Assembly (NCBI GenBank): GCA_050613775.1
Contig: JBODTK010000152.1
Location: 310,001 to 374,000 of the forward strand
DNA length: 64,000 nucleotides
From: Neocallimastix sp. 'constans'
Lineage: Eukaryota
Direction: 5' to 3'
The notes beneath the pieces are model-generated. The model was not told the origin of the DNA and ran no database searches. It was given only the letters and a program-made list of their open reading frames with translations. The position numbers were made by a program, and so were the translations under genes. Positions within the stretch are counted from its first letter, which is position 1. Each line of letters starts with the position of its first letter. Positions 39,067 to 51,831 of this stretch are shown here, piece by piece.

Positions 39067-42000
39067 AAGGCAGTACTGGAATCTTTGAAAAAAAAAATTT
39101 AAAATTTAATTCGAATTCAAATAGAATAGATTCAGGTTATAATACCCCAAATTTAAAGGAGGGTTCTGAAATTAAAAATCAAAAATTAGATAGTGTAAGT
39201 ATAGAATATATATGTATAAAAGAGTAATATAATTTAATATTGAGAAAGGTGTAGAAGAGTATTAATTTTATAATCTATTCGAATTATATATAGGAAAAGA
39301 TTTTACAAATTCTTTGTCAATTACCATTAGGTTTTAATTTCCCAGAAAATAAGAGTACTCAAAAGGCAGTAAAGGAATTTAAATCAGAAGAAAGTACTTT
39401 AGTTGAAAAAAGGGTTATTATTGATACAGGAATTTTTGATCACCCTATTTTAATTCAGAATTATAACGAAGAATTATCTGAGGAAGAAACTTTTGAAGAA
39501 CAAGCCAGAATTGTCATTGACACTGGCATCTTTGATCGACCAATATTAATTCAAGAATCTGAAATTATTGAAAAGGATGTTATTAATGAATTAAAAGAAG
39601 AAGAAATTGATAAGCCAATTATTATTGATGCTAGCATTTTTGATCGTCCAAACATAATTCAAAATACTGAACAACAAGCTCCTGAAACTAGAGCTGATAC
39701 TGGTTTATGGTGGCTCTTTACTAGGCCAGAAGTTGTTGAAGTTGAGGAAAAAAAGGTTCCAGAAACTTCAAGAGTTATTATTGATACTGGTATATTTGAT
39801 CGTCCAATTTTAATTCAAAATGTTGAACAACCAGAAGTCAGTGATAGAGAAGTCGTTGGAACTGAAGAAAAAAAGGAACCAGAAACTACTAGAATCATAA
39901 TTGATACTGGTATTTTTGATCGTCCAATTTTAATTCAAAATGTTGAACTAGAAGCTCCAGAAACTAGGGCCGATACTGGTTTATGGTGGCTTTTTGCTAA
40001 GCCAGAAATTGTTGAAATTGAGGAAGAAGAGGTTCCAGAAACTTCAAGAGTTATTATTGATACTGGTATATTCGATCGTCCAATTTTAATTCAAAATGTT
40101 GAACAACCAGAAGTTAGCAATAGAGAAGTTGTTGAAGCTGAAGAAGAAAAAGAATCAGAAACTACTAGAGTTATTATTGATACTGGTATTTTTGATCGTC
40201 CAATTTTAATTCAAAAAGTTGAACCAGAAGCTCCAGAAACCAGAGCTGATACTGGTTTATGGTGGCTCTTTGCTAAACCCGAAATTATTGAAGTTGAAAA
40301 AGAACAGGCTCCAGAAACGAGAGCTGATACTGGCTTGTGGTGGCTTTTTGCTAAGCCAGAAGTTGTTGAAGTTGAGGAAGAAAAGGTTCCAGAAACTTCA
40401 AGAGTTATTATTGATACTGGTATATTCGATCGTCCAATTTTAATTCAAAATGTTGAACAACCAGAAGTCAGTGATAGAGAAGTCGTTGGAACTGAAGAAA
40501 AAAAGGAACCAGAAACTACTAGAATCATAATTGATACTGGTATTTTTGATCGTCCAATCTTAATTCAAAAAGTTGAACAAGAAGTTCCAGAAACTAGAGC
40601 TGATACTGGTTTATGGTGGCTCTTTGCTAAACCCGAAATTATTGAAGTTAAAAAAGAACAGGCTCCAGAAACGAGAGCTGATACTGGCTTGTGGTGGCTT
40701 TTTGCTAAGCCAGAAGTTGTTGAAGTTGAGGAAGAAAAGGTTCCAGAAACTTCAAGAGTTATTATTGATACTGGTATATTCGATCGTCCAATTTTAATTC
40801 AAAATGTTGAACAACCAGAAGTTAGCAATAGAGAAGTTGTTGAAACTGAAGAAGAAAAAGAATCAGAAACTACTAGAGTTATTATTGATACTGGTATTTT
40901 TGATCGTCCAATTTTAATTCAAAAAGTTGAACCAGAAGCTCCAGAAACCAGAGCTGATACTGGTTTATGGTGGCTTTTTACTAAGCCAGAGGTTGTTGAA
41001 GTTGAGGAAGAAAAGGTTCCAGAAACTTCAAGAGTTATTATTGATACTGGTATATTCGATCGTCCAATTTTAATTCAAAATGTTGAACAACCAGAAGTTA
41101 GCAATAGAGAAGTTGTTGAAGCTGAAGAAGAAAAGGAACCAGAAACTACTAGAATCATAATTGATACTGGCATTTTCGATCGTCCAATTTTAATTCAAAA
41201 GCCTGATGAAATTGTTGAAGTTGTTAAGGAAATAACTGGTACAGTTATTGATACTGGTATTTTCGATCGTCCTATTTATATACAGGAGTCATCTGAAAAC
41301 AGCAGAGAAGTTCAACAAGAAGTTCAAGCCAATGAAGAATCAGTTGATTATGAACTTAGAGGTGATACCAGTCTTTGGTGGTTATTCTATAAACGAAACA
41401 ATACAAATGTTATTGAAATTAAAAAAGATGTAACGGAATCATCTGTTAATTATTTAAATGTTAATCACAGACTTCCATTAGGTTACAAGAATAAACCATG
41501 GATTCCAAATTCATCTCATGTTTTAAATGTTAATCAAAAACTTCCAATTGGTTACAAGACTAAACCATGGGTTCCAAATTCATCACATGTATTAAATGTT
41601 AACCATAGACTTCCACTTGGTTACAAAACTAAACAATGGATTCCAAACTCATCACATGTATTAAATGTTAATCATAGACTTCCACTTGGTTACAAGACAA
41701 AGCCATGGAATCCAAATTCATCTCATGTTTTAAATGTTAACCACAGACTTCCTATTGGTTACGATGTTGAATGGACTCCAAAGGTTGAAGTTTATGAAAC
41801 AACTAGAGAAACTCCAGATATTACTATTGAGCATATTCGTACTAAGGAAATACCTTATGTTAATGTTGAAAATAGTACTGATAGTGAAATTAATCGCTTA
41901 AAGAATATAATTGGTGAATTAAATGCTAAACTTGATCAAAAGGTTCAAACCTTAGCTGAATTAAATGGACGTGTAGCTAATTTATCTCTTATGTTAAATG

Positions 42001-45000
42001 AATCCGAACAAAAGAACAGGGATTTATCCAATCAGTATGAGAGAAGATTTAATGAACTTCTTAATAAAAATGTTCAACTTAATGGAAATCTATCAAGAGT
42101 TACTCTTGATTTTGATGATAAAGTTAAGACTTTAAAGAACATTAATAATACTATGGAAGAAAAATATGATAACTTACTAGAGAAGACTGCTTCATTAAAT
42201 ACTCAATTATCTCTTATCTCACTCCAGAGTATTGAGGAAAGTAAATTAAGAGAAACTCAACAACCAGAAGTAACTTCTAGAGAAATACCAGTTGTCCAAT
42301 CACAACCAATCGTTGAATATTCTACTCCATTAGCATCAATGGAAAAGATGGCTGATATAAATCAAAAACTTTCTGTTCTTTCCTTAGATTATGATTCTAT
42401 GGTTCGTGAAAAGAATAATGAATTAAGTGAAATGAGTAAGAATATTGAAAAATTACGTCAAATGATTAGTGGTCTTAATACTCAATTAGCTGTTGTTTCT
42501 TTGAATACTAATGATGAAGTTAAACAAGCTAAAAAGGATACAAACGCTAATGCAGAAAGAATAAATAAGTTAAGTAAGACTGTTGCTAATTTAAACACTA
42601 ATATTGCAGTCTTAACTTTAGCTTACAATGATGACTTACGTAATCTTAAACAAATTATTAATGAAAAGAATCAAAAGATAGAAGATTTACAAAAGTCTAA
42701 TGCTCAAATTAATGGCCAACTTGCTAATTTAACTTTAGCTGTTGATGAAACAGTTAGAGATCTAAAGAATAGTAATATTAATGTAGTTGAATCTATTTCA
42801 AGAAGTGTTGAACCAGATGTCGAAGTTTCTCCACGGGAAGTTGAGGCTATTGGAACTGTAATTCATACACCAGTTGATAATAGTGACACTCTAAAGTCTA
42901 AAATGGCACAAATTAACACTCAATTAGCTAAGCTTACCTTAGATTCTAACGAAGAAATTTATTCACTTAAACAAGATAATAAGGAAAAGTCAAAAGAAGT
43001 TGAAAAATTAAGAAATAAATTAGGACAAATGAACACTGAGATTGCTGTACTTTCTCTTCATACTAATGAGGTTGAAAAGGCTAATGCTCAAATGGAAAGA
43101 AATCATCGTGATGTAGTAGATGGGTTAAGAGCTAAACTTGCTGAAATTAATGGAAATCTTGCTAGAGTTTCTGTTAATAGTAAGGATGAAATTAATACAA
43201 TTAAGAAGAAGTCAATGGATTATGACAATATCATTGAAGATTTAAGATCAAAGTGCACTAAGATTAATGGTAATCTTGCTGTTACTACCTTAAATAGTAA
43301 TGAAATGATTCAAAACTTAAAGAAGATTATTAAGGAAAATGAAGAAACTATTGAAAAATTAAGAATCAAATCTGCTGAAATTAATACTAATCTTGCTGTT
43401 GTTTCATTAAATACTCCTTCTACTGTATCAAGGGAAGAAATTGTTGAAGGAAATGCAAGAGAAGTCGTTGTCCCAGAATTAAAGCCAGAAGTTCAAGCTT
43501 CATCTCCAAGAGCTATTGCTCCAGAAATGGAAGACGCTATAGCTAAGGCTGCTGACATTAATACTCGACTTGCTATTGTTACTCTGAATTATGATAAAGA
43601 TGTCCGTGATTTAAAGACTGCTCAAAAGGAAAAGGATGCTCTTATTGAGAATTTAAGAAAAAAGGCTGCCATCATTAATGGTGATCTTGCTAGATTAACT
43701 CTTGAATCTAATGAGGAACGTGCTTGTTTAAAGGAAATTGCAGTTGAAAAGCAATTAGAAATTGAAGCTTTAAGATCTAATGCTTCTCAATTAAATGGAC
43801 AACTAGCTAATTTAACTCTCAACTTGGATGAAGTTTTACGCTCTAATAATGCCTATTTGAATGATAAGACTAAGGAAGTTGAATTCCTTCGTCAATGTAC
43901 CGTTCAACTAAATCAACAATTAGCTCGATTAACATTATCCTTTGATGAAATCATTAAGAGAAATAATGGATTGGTATCTAAGCAACAAAATAAAATTGAT
44001 AGTCTTACTGAAAAAGCAGCTGAACTTAATGGTCGTTTAGCTCGTTTAACTTTAAGTTATGATGACTTAAACAATTCTAATGAAAAGAAGATTAGAGACC
44101 AAGAACAAGCTATGGAAAAGCTTCAACAAAAGGCTGTTGAACTTAACAGTTCAATTGCTAAGCTTACTTTAGCATTTGATGAAATAGTTCAACAAAAGGC
44201 CAATGAAGAAGCTGCTGTTGCCACTAGAGAAGTTTCACCAATTTCAATAGAAAAGGAAGTTGTTAGGGAAGTAGTTTATGTCGAAAAAGAAAATGCTTCC
44301 GAAGAAACTAAATATAGAGATATGGCTGTCAAATTAAATCAAAATCTTGCTACTCTCACTCTCAACTATGATGAATTAAAGAGAGAAAGTGAAAAGCAAT
44401 CACTAAAGGAAAGTGTTCCCGTAGATACTAAATTTAGAGATATGGCTGTCAAATTAAATCAAAATCTTGCTGGTCTCACTCTCAAGTATGATCAATTGAA
44501 AAAAGAAAGTGAAAAGCAACAAAAAGAAAATATTGAAAAGATTGATAATCTTCAAAAGGAAAGAAGTATTCTTAACAATAATTTAGCAAGGGTTACTCTT
44601 CAGTATGATGAAGATATGGCTAAGAAGAATAGAACTATTAAGAATCTTAATGATAAATTAAATTCTACTAATGTAGCCTTCAATAAGGTTCGTCGTGGTT
44701 CTGTTGTTGCAAAAATTCAAACCATTGAGAGATTAACTGATATGTCTACTAATCTTAATAGTAATCTTGCTAAAGTTACTTTAGAATTTAATGAAATGGT
44801 TCAAAATAAAGACGCTGAAATTAATAAATTAAAGAAAACCTTAAATAAATATGAAAATGTTGATCAACGTAGAGCCAGTATCATTACTGTTGAATACAAT
44901 AATGCAAACTACTATAATATTTCTCAAAATGATAATGCAGAAAAGAAGATTAGTAAAGAAATGAGATCTTCAGCTCCCTCTAAAGTCCCAGTCGCTGTTG

Positions 45001-45233
45001 AAACTCCAACTGTAGCTCCAACTGCTGAACAAGAAATCGAAGTAATTAAAGATGTTGAAGAAGTAAGAGAAGTTAAAGAACTACCAGAAAAGAAAAAGAG
45101 TAAGAAAGGAAAGAAGTCATCAAAGAAGAGTAAATCTTTAATAAAAAAGTCTAATAAATATAGTGATTTAAGTATTGAACAAAGAAAAGCTATGAATAAG
45201 GAAATTGTTAATCAGTCATGTAACATTCTTTAA
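39067..45233 (+). CDS. Large uncharacterised repeat/coiled-coil protein (main exon 39294-45233, ~1980 aa; probable upstream exon 39067-39194; start codon unresolved)
   Basis: The 1632-aa ORF continues in frame upstream to an AG acceptor at 39293. A GTAAGT donor sits at 39195. Fungal codon usage, and four distinct internal repeat types. Confidence 0.85.
39412..41400 (+). repeat. Coding higher-order tandem array (276/354-bp units) of two peptide motifs
   Basis: About 14 copies of RVIIDTGIFDRPILIQ and about 8 copies of ETRADTGLWWLF(A/T)KP, near-identical at DNA level in the centre of the array. Confidence 0.95.
41452..41780 (+). repeat. Coding tandem repeat, 5 x 69 bp (23 aa)
   Basis: LNVNHRLPLGYKTKPWIPNSSHV repeated five times. 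Confidence 0.95.
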
Positions 45234-47198
45234 ACATAGTAAAAAAAAAAGCAAAACCAAAAAAAAATTGATTTATTAATCTACTTTTTGTTTTTGTTTT
45301 TGTTTTTGAATTTTTTTTTTAAAAAAATTTTTTTTTCTTTATTCATGATTAAAAAAAAAAAAAAGAAAAAACACTCGCTTCGTATATAATATATATATAT
45401 ATATATAATTTAGTAATAATTTTTCTATATAAATAATATATATGTAGTATTTAAAAAAAAAGATTTTTTTATAAACACTATTTATTCAGTACTTTTTTTA
45501 AATATTTATTTTGATTACACTTTTACTATCTTTACCTTTTTAACTTCAAACTTTTTCTTTATAAACAACAAGTACAATTTTAAATTTAAGTTAAATAATG
45601 AATTCATTTAATTTAATTATTTTTTTTATTAAGAATAATCACAATGATCAATAGAATTTATAGATTTTTTTAAGAATAATTATTACACTATTAATAAAAA
45701 TTTTTCGTATTCAAAGAACCAATAAATTGTGAAAAAGAAAACACCTTCAAAAAACAAAAACAATGGATAAAAATCAAATCAAACTAAAGCAAAATAAATA
45801 AATAAGAAAAAAAGTGATATAAATAATAATAATAATAAGTTAAAAAAAAAAAGAGAAGAAAGATCAAGTAAATAATTAATGAAAAATATATATATAATAT
45901 GATTTTTATAGTCTAAAAGAAAAATTATATATTTTCCTTTAATTATTAATTATAATAATAAATGATGAATAATTATTTCCAGTGAATTTATAGCATATCA
46001 TCGGAATATTAGTATAATTAATAATTTTATTTTGTTGTAGAATAGAAAATATAATTTTTTTTACACAAAATAAATATAGGAAACGAATTCAAACACAATA
46101 TACATTTTTTTAATTATATTATTAAATATAATAATATTATCTACCAAAGGAGATAAGTTAATATATATTAATAAGTTTTAGGAGTAATTTTCATCCCTCC
46201 TAATTTTAAAATTCGTAATTAAAAGATAAAAAAAATAAAAGGAAAATATTGGAAGAATCTATTATAATGAATTTAATAAATTTAAAGATTAAAAATAAAA
46301 TGTTAATTATTCAAAAATAATAAAATAAAGCGAAATAAAACGAAAACCAATAAATAAAAAAAGATCATTATTCTCTTAAGAAATAAATGTAAATTAAAAC
46401 AAACTAAAAAGAAATATATATAAAAAAAAAGAAAAAAACTAAAAATAATCAATAATTAAATTGCAAAATAGTATAAAAAAAAATCAAAAAAAAAAAAAAA
46501 GAAAAGAAAAAATGGCAAAAATATGATAAATAGTTATACATATATATAAATAATTATATATATTTTTAAATTTTTTTTTTTTAAAAAAAAAAAAGAAAAG
46601 AACCAATTGATTATATATATAAAGGAAAAATATATAAAATAATTATATAAATGACTATATAATGAAAAAGTTAAAATTGGTTTATAATTAATAAAGAAAA
46701 AGGTAACATTTTTTATATTTAGAAAATATAAAAAAGAAAAAATAAACATTTTAAAAAAGAAAAAAAAAATTATCTAAAGAAAATTAAAATTTAATAAAGA
46801 AGATTTCAATACTGCCTTTACTGCCTGCCTGCCTGTATTATGTTTTAGTTTTTAAGGATAAATTTATTTTTCAAAAAACTTTTTTTTTTTTTTCCTGTTA
46901 CCTTTTATTTTTTTATTAATAATAAGAAAAACTTTTTTTTATTAAAAATTTTAAAAAAATTTAAATACATCAACATTTGAATTAATGAATATTATGAATA
47001 TTATAATAAATTAAAATAATAGCAATTTAATGATATTTATTGTTTTAACTTAAATATAATATTATTAATTTAATATAAAATTAGAATTGAACATGTTAGT
47101 TTAAATTAATATAATTATTTTTTCAAAAAAAAAAAAAAAAAAAAAATACATACATAAGTGTATATAATTACAAAATATAACATTTTTATTTTTAATAC

Positions 47199-47232
<34 letters not shown>

Positions 47233-47329
47233 TTTTTCAATAATAATAATAATAATAATCAATTATAAAAATATATAAAAATAAGAATATATAAAAAAAA
47301 AAAAACATTAAAAAAAAATTATTTCCATG

Positions 47330-47396
<67 letters not shown>

Positions 47397-47689
47397 GGAA
47401 ATAAAATTAAATAATTAGTAAATTTTTTATTAAAAAAATATTTAAATATTTGTATATATTTAATTATTTACTTGTTTGCTCAGGTGTTTATACTAATTTT
47501 TAATTAATGAATATTTTTATAATCTTTTATTTATTTATTTTATTTATTCGTAATAAATATAATATATCAAATTTATTTGTTTAATAATTATTTATTTATT
47601 TATTTATTATTTATAAAATAATAAGGTAATTACAAGGATATAAAATTAGAATAAAATTAATGATATTTATATAAATGTTGTGGCTTGAT

Positions 47690-48210
47690 TTTCCTTTTTG
47701 GGGGAAGAAATATTAATAACAGTACAAGGGAATGGAAGGATCTATTTAAGTGCCAGATGAAATCAGGTGCTTATTCTGATACTCCATTCTTGATGGTTAC
47801 TGCGGCTCTTCTTCAAACGATTATACCTATTACTATTGGTTCAAATTGAATTGTACTACTACTACCAAGAGCATCAATGCTGAAGAAACAGTAAGACAGA
47901 CTAGCAGGGCTAGCGCAACCAATGAAGATCATAATTTTGTATCTTAAAATTATGATTAACATTGAGAAGTCAAAATTAATTATTATACTACAATATAATA
48001 ATGCCCTTGTAAAGTCAAAATTAATTATTATACTACAGTATAATAATGTCCTTGTGAAGTCCTACAGATATTAATTAAATGAAACTAGAATATATTATAC
48101 CATTATTTTATTTTATTTTGTGTTTTTTTTTTTGTTTATTTTTTTTTTTTTTTTTATTACATGTATTTTATCATATATTTAATTAATAAAGATGAAACAA
48201 GTTTGTTTGC

Positions 48211-48252
<42 letters not shown>

Positions 48253-48358
48253 ACAGTATAATAATACCCTTGTGAAGTCTAACTAAATGAAATTGGAATA
48301 CATTTTACCATTATTTTTTTTTATTTTGTATATTTTTTGTTTATTCTTTTTTTATCTT

Positions 48359-48399
<41 letters not shown>

Positions 48400-48469
48400 C
48401 ATGTACTTTATCAAATATTTAATTAATAAAGATGAAACAAGTTTGCTGCCGTTAAAGAAAAAAAAGAAA
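47690..48469 (+). mobile_element. 5'-truncated LINE insertion with 13-bp TSD and duplicated 3' UTR/poly(A)
   Basis: GTTGTGGCTTGAT at 47677-47689 and 48470-48482. The insert begins FLFGGRNINNSTREWKDLFKCQ...TPFLMVTAALL. Two ~210-bp 3' units each end AAAGATGAAACAAGTTTG..GTT plus an A tail. Confidence 0.8.
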
Positions 48470-48489
48470 GTTGTGGCTTGATATTATTT

Positions 48490-50037
48490 ATCATATTCAC
48501 GAATAACTGAAACCTTGATTTGACCAGGATAGGTCATTTCGGTCTCAATTCTTTCACGAATTTCACGGGCAAGTTTAAAGGCAGTTAAATCATCTACTTT
48601 GTCTGGAACAACCATAATGCGAACTTCACGTCCTGATTGCATAGCAAAGCATTGATAAACTCCTTCATATGATTTACATATTGTTTCAAGTTGTGTTCAA
48701 TAAGTTTAATGTAGTTTTCAAGTGTTTCACTACGTGCACCTGGTCTAGCAGCTGATAAAGTATTGGCGGCTTGGACTAAGTGAGCAATGATATATTTTGC
48801 TGGTACATCATCATGGTGAGATTCAATTGAATTGATAACTACATCTGGTTCACCAAATTTCTTGGCAAGACGAGAACCAAGTTCAACATGGGAACCATCT
48901 TGTTCAAAGTCAACAGATTTTCCAATATCGTGGAGTAAGCCAGCACGTTTAGCAAGGTTTTGATCTAGACCTAGTTCAGCGGCCATAATACCTGCTAAAT
49001 AGGCTACTTCCATTGAGTGATCATAAGCGTTTTGACCATATGATGTACGATATTTGAGTCTACCAACATTCATTAATAATTTCTTATTAATCTTCGGTAA
49101 ACCGAGTTTAAAGGCTGTTTCTTCTCCAGCTTTACGAATAGTTTCATCCATTTCGCTTTGAACTTTAGCAGTGACTTCTTCAATACGTCCTGGTTGAATA
49201 CGCTCATCTTTGATAAGAATATCAAGTGTGAGTCTAGCTATTTCACGATGAATTGGGTTAAAGCAACTATCAGTAATTACTTCTGGAGTGCCATCGATAA
49301 TTAAATCGACGCCTAATAATTGTTCTAATGAACGAATATTACGACCTTCACGGCCAATAATTCTTCCTTTCATTTCATCCCTTGGAAGAGCAACTGTACA
49401 AACAGTTCTCTCAGTGACTGCTTATTGTGAGAATCTTGATATAGCAATACCAAGTAAGTTTTTAGCTTTTTCATCACTTTCAGCTTTAGTCTCATTTTCT
49501 CTATTTTTGACGTAGTCAGCGATTTCCATTGATAACTTGCTTTCAACACGAGCAAAGATTTCATCTCTTTTTTTTTAACAGATAATTGTGCAATTTTTTC
49601 AAGCTCAAAAATAATGGAATCGATTTTACTTTTGAGACGAGCTTCTTTTTTATCGCATTCTTTAAGTCTACCATTTAAAAGTTCATTCTTTTCTTCAAAA
49701 ATGTTTTCTTTGTTGATGAGAGATGCATCACGTTTATCAGTACTGATTTCACGTTGATTTAATTTGTTTTCTAAATTAGCAACTTCTTGTTTTATTTCGA
49801 GGATTTTTCTCTCAGCTTCTTGTTTCATTTCGGCTACAGTTTGTTTGCCGTCAAGTTGAGCATTCTTTCTAATCTGATCAACTTTAATTTCAGCGTCTTT
49901 AATGATTTTCTCAGCTTTTTAGCGCCTAATTTTTCTTTGAAAACAGGTACAAATTTAACGAGTAAGAAAGCAATAACAGCACCTATAACAAAAGGTCCGA
50001 GGATTAAAGGAAGCCATACCCACCATTCTGATTGCAT
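48490..50037 (-). pseudogene. rny: Bacterial ribonuclease Y pseudogene
   Basis: N-terminal membrane anchor, coiled coil, KH motif [16 protein letters not shown] motif [16 protein letters not shown], and C-terminal [12 protein letters not shown]. Frameshifts at ~49916, ~49570 and ~48692, a stop at ~49423, and the last codons are missing. Shine-Dalgarno AAGGAG at 50047-50052. No introns. Confidence 0.95.
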
Positions 50038-50221
50038 GTGGATTATCTCCTTATTATATAAAGGCCTTATTTATTTATAGATAAAAAGCAATAAATTTAT
50101 ATTATTACAGTTTAATCATCGACCAAAAAAGACGTCGATGAATATAAATTGAATAGAATTAATCTTACTTTTAACAGTTAAAATTCAGGTAATAAGTATC
50201 TTTCGATACGTAGTTATTATA

Positions 50222-50539
50222 TCAATAACAATTTGTTTTACAAAACGCTAAATGTTTTTTCATCTTAAAAAGATTTGCGTGACTGCCGAGTCTTATTAGA
50301 TTAAGACGATTGTATTTAGGTACATCTTCATATATCAAATTAAAATCAGGAGCAACATGACATTCTCGGCAATGTTTATATTTCCTTTTTAAAGGATGAT
50401 CTTTATATTCAATATCTAGCTTCTTTTGATTAATCAAAATTTCAATTAGAAAAAATAAGTCATCAATATTTTTATTTTGACGTTTTACTAAATCGTAATC
50501 TTTTTTAAATTTGTTTGAAAATGTAACTTCTAAACTCAT
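50222..50539 (-). CDS. yafQ: YafQ-family (RelE/StbE) mRNA interferase toxin
   Basis: FKKDY...YKDHPL...RECHVAPD..LIY...RLGSHANLF. Overlaps the antitoxin by 4 nt (ATGA). About 13 extra C-terminal residues may reflect a lost stop codon. Confidence 0.9.
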   Translation of the reverse strand: MSLEVTFSNKFKKDYDLVKRQNKNIDDLFFLIEILINQKKLDIEYKDHPLKRKYKHCRECHVAPDFNLIYEDVPKYNRLNLIRLGSHANLFKMKKHLAFCKTNCY

Positions 50540-50787
50540 ACATCCAAAGCTTTCTTTAAACTCTGAATATCTTTATAAGTCTTTGCGTTTGTTTTGAGAG
50601 ATTTATGAGATTCTTTTATATCATCATTAGGAGTGTGCGCGATAATGTTAAAAGGAATTGAATTTGTTCTGATCACTTGAATATAGAAAAGGTTAATTGC
50701 TGCAGATGGAGTTATTCCGATTTGTTTAAAAACATCTTCTGTACTTTTCTTAATATTTTCATCAATTCTAACATTAACATTTGCCAT
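50536..50787 (-). CDS. dinJ: RelB/DinJ-family antitoxin (83 aa from ATG at 50787)
   Basis: MANVNVRIDENIKKSTEDVFKQIGITPSAAINLFYIQVIRTNSIPF is the ribbon-helix-helix RelB/DinJ signature; the gene lies directly upstream of the toxin. Confidence 0.9.
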   Translation of the reverse strand: MANVNVRIDENIKKSTEDVFKQIGITPSAAINLFYIQVIRTNSIPFNIIAHTPNDDIKESHKSLKTNAKTYKDIQSLKKALDV

Positions 50788-50803
50788 AATTTTTACCAAA
50801 AAT

Positions 50804-50832
50804 AATATATCACATTGTCAATACAATTGCAA
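50804..50832 (-). promoter_or_regulatory. Sigma-70/SigA-type promoter of dinJ-yafQ with overlapping palindromic operator
   Basis: Minus strand TTGCAA-17 bp-TATATT with TG one base before the -10 box. Inverted repeat ATTGT-N4-ACAAT at 50814-50827 lies in the spacer. Confidence 0.65.
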
Positions 50833-50855
50833 AATATAAAGATATCACGTAATAT

Positions 50856-50879
50856 AAAAAGTGCACAAAATACACTCTT
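50856..50879 (-). terminator. Intrinsic terminator-like hairpin after recA
   Basis: Minus strand AAGAGTGTA-TTTTG-TGCACTTTTT: a stem with G-U pairs ending in a T run, just after the recA stop. Confidence 0.55.
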
Positions 50880-50882
50880 ATT

Positions 50883-51771
50883 TTATTCAGCAGATTTGAT
50901 ATAGTTCATTAAGTCTTCAGCCAAACCTGGATGTTCATCAAGGTAGGCTTCTCCTTTTTCAATACCTAATTCAAGGATTTCGGCATTTTTAGAAATTCCT
51001 TTACTATTGATGATGTCAACTTGAACTGTCTTGAATGGAGGGGCGACTTTGTTTTTAACAATTTTCACATTAACTGTGTTTATCAATTCTTATAGATGCA
51101 TATAATTTTAAGGCTCTACCACCAGTTGTTGTTTCTGGATTACCATACATAACACCAACTTTTTCACATAATTGGTTAATGAAGATAACTGTACATGAAT
51201 GAGTGTTCAAGATACCTGTAAGTTTTCTCATAGCCTTAGACATAAGTCTAGCTTGTAGGCTAACTCGGTTCTCGCTCATTTCTCCTTCAAGCTCAGCTTG
51301 TGGGACTAATGCGGCAACACTATCAACGATAATGATATCGAATACACCACTATTAACGAGCATTTCAACAATTTAAAGTTCTTCTTCGCCACTATCTGGT
51401 TGAGAAAGAATTAATTCATCAATATTTACACCTAAAGCGCGAGCCGAGCATATAAAGGATCAATGGAATGCTTGCTCGGCATCAACATATGCTGTTCTTC
51501 CACCTTTCTTTTGGGCTTCAGCAATCGCATGTAGAGCTAAAGTAGTTTTACCACTTGATTCAGGACCATAAATTTCAATAATACGGCCTTTTGGATAACT
51601 ATCTACGCCTAATGCATTATCAATGAGGAAAGATCCAGATGGGATAACATCAACATCAACTGGCTGACGTTCGCCTAATTTCATGACTGAACCTTTACCG
51701 AAAACTTTTTCAAATTCTTTTAAGGCTTCTTCAAGGGCTTTTTGTTCGTTTTTTAATTCATCTTTTTTCAT
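50883..51771 (-). pseudogene. recA: Bacterial recA pseudogene
   Basis: [72 protein letters not shown]. Disrupted by two short tandem duplications (~51440-51475), a stop at ~51374 and two deletions in the 3' third. Confidence 0.96.
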
Positions 51772-51831
51772 ATTTGTTTTACCATTCCTCATTATTAAAT
51801 ACTTTTTTCAAATTAATTTCTCGTTTTTGGG

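Noticed and set aside
39412..41400. Repeat-spacer-like DNA pattern suggesting a CRISPR array
   Set aside because: Entirely within one open frame with synonymous variation, and the spacers themselves repeat; it is a protein repeat.
46534..48481. Phe/Ile/Tyr-rich short ORFs (46534..46749, 48287..48481; similarly 24131..24334)
   Set aside because: They arise from poly-T and AT-rich non-coding DNA.
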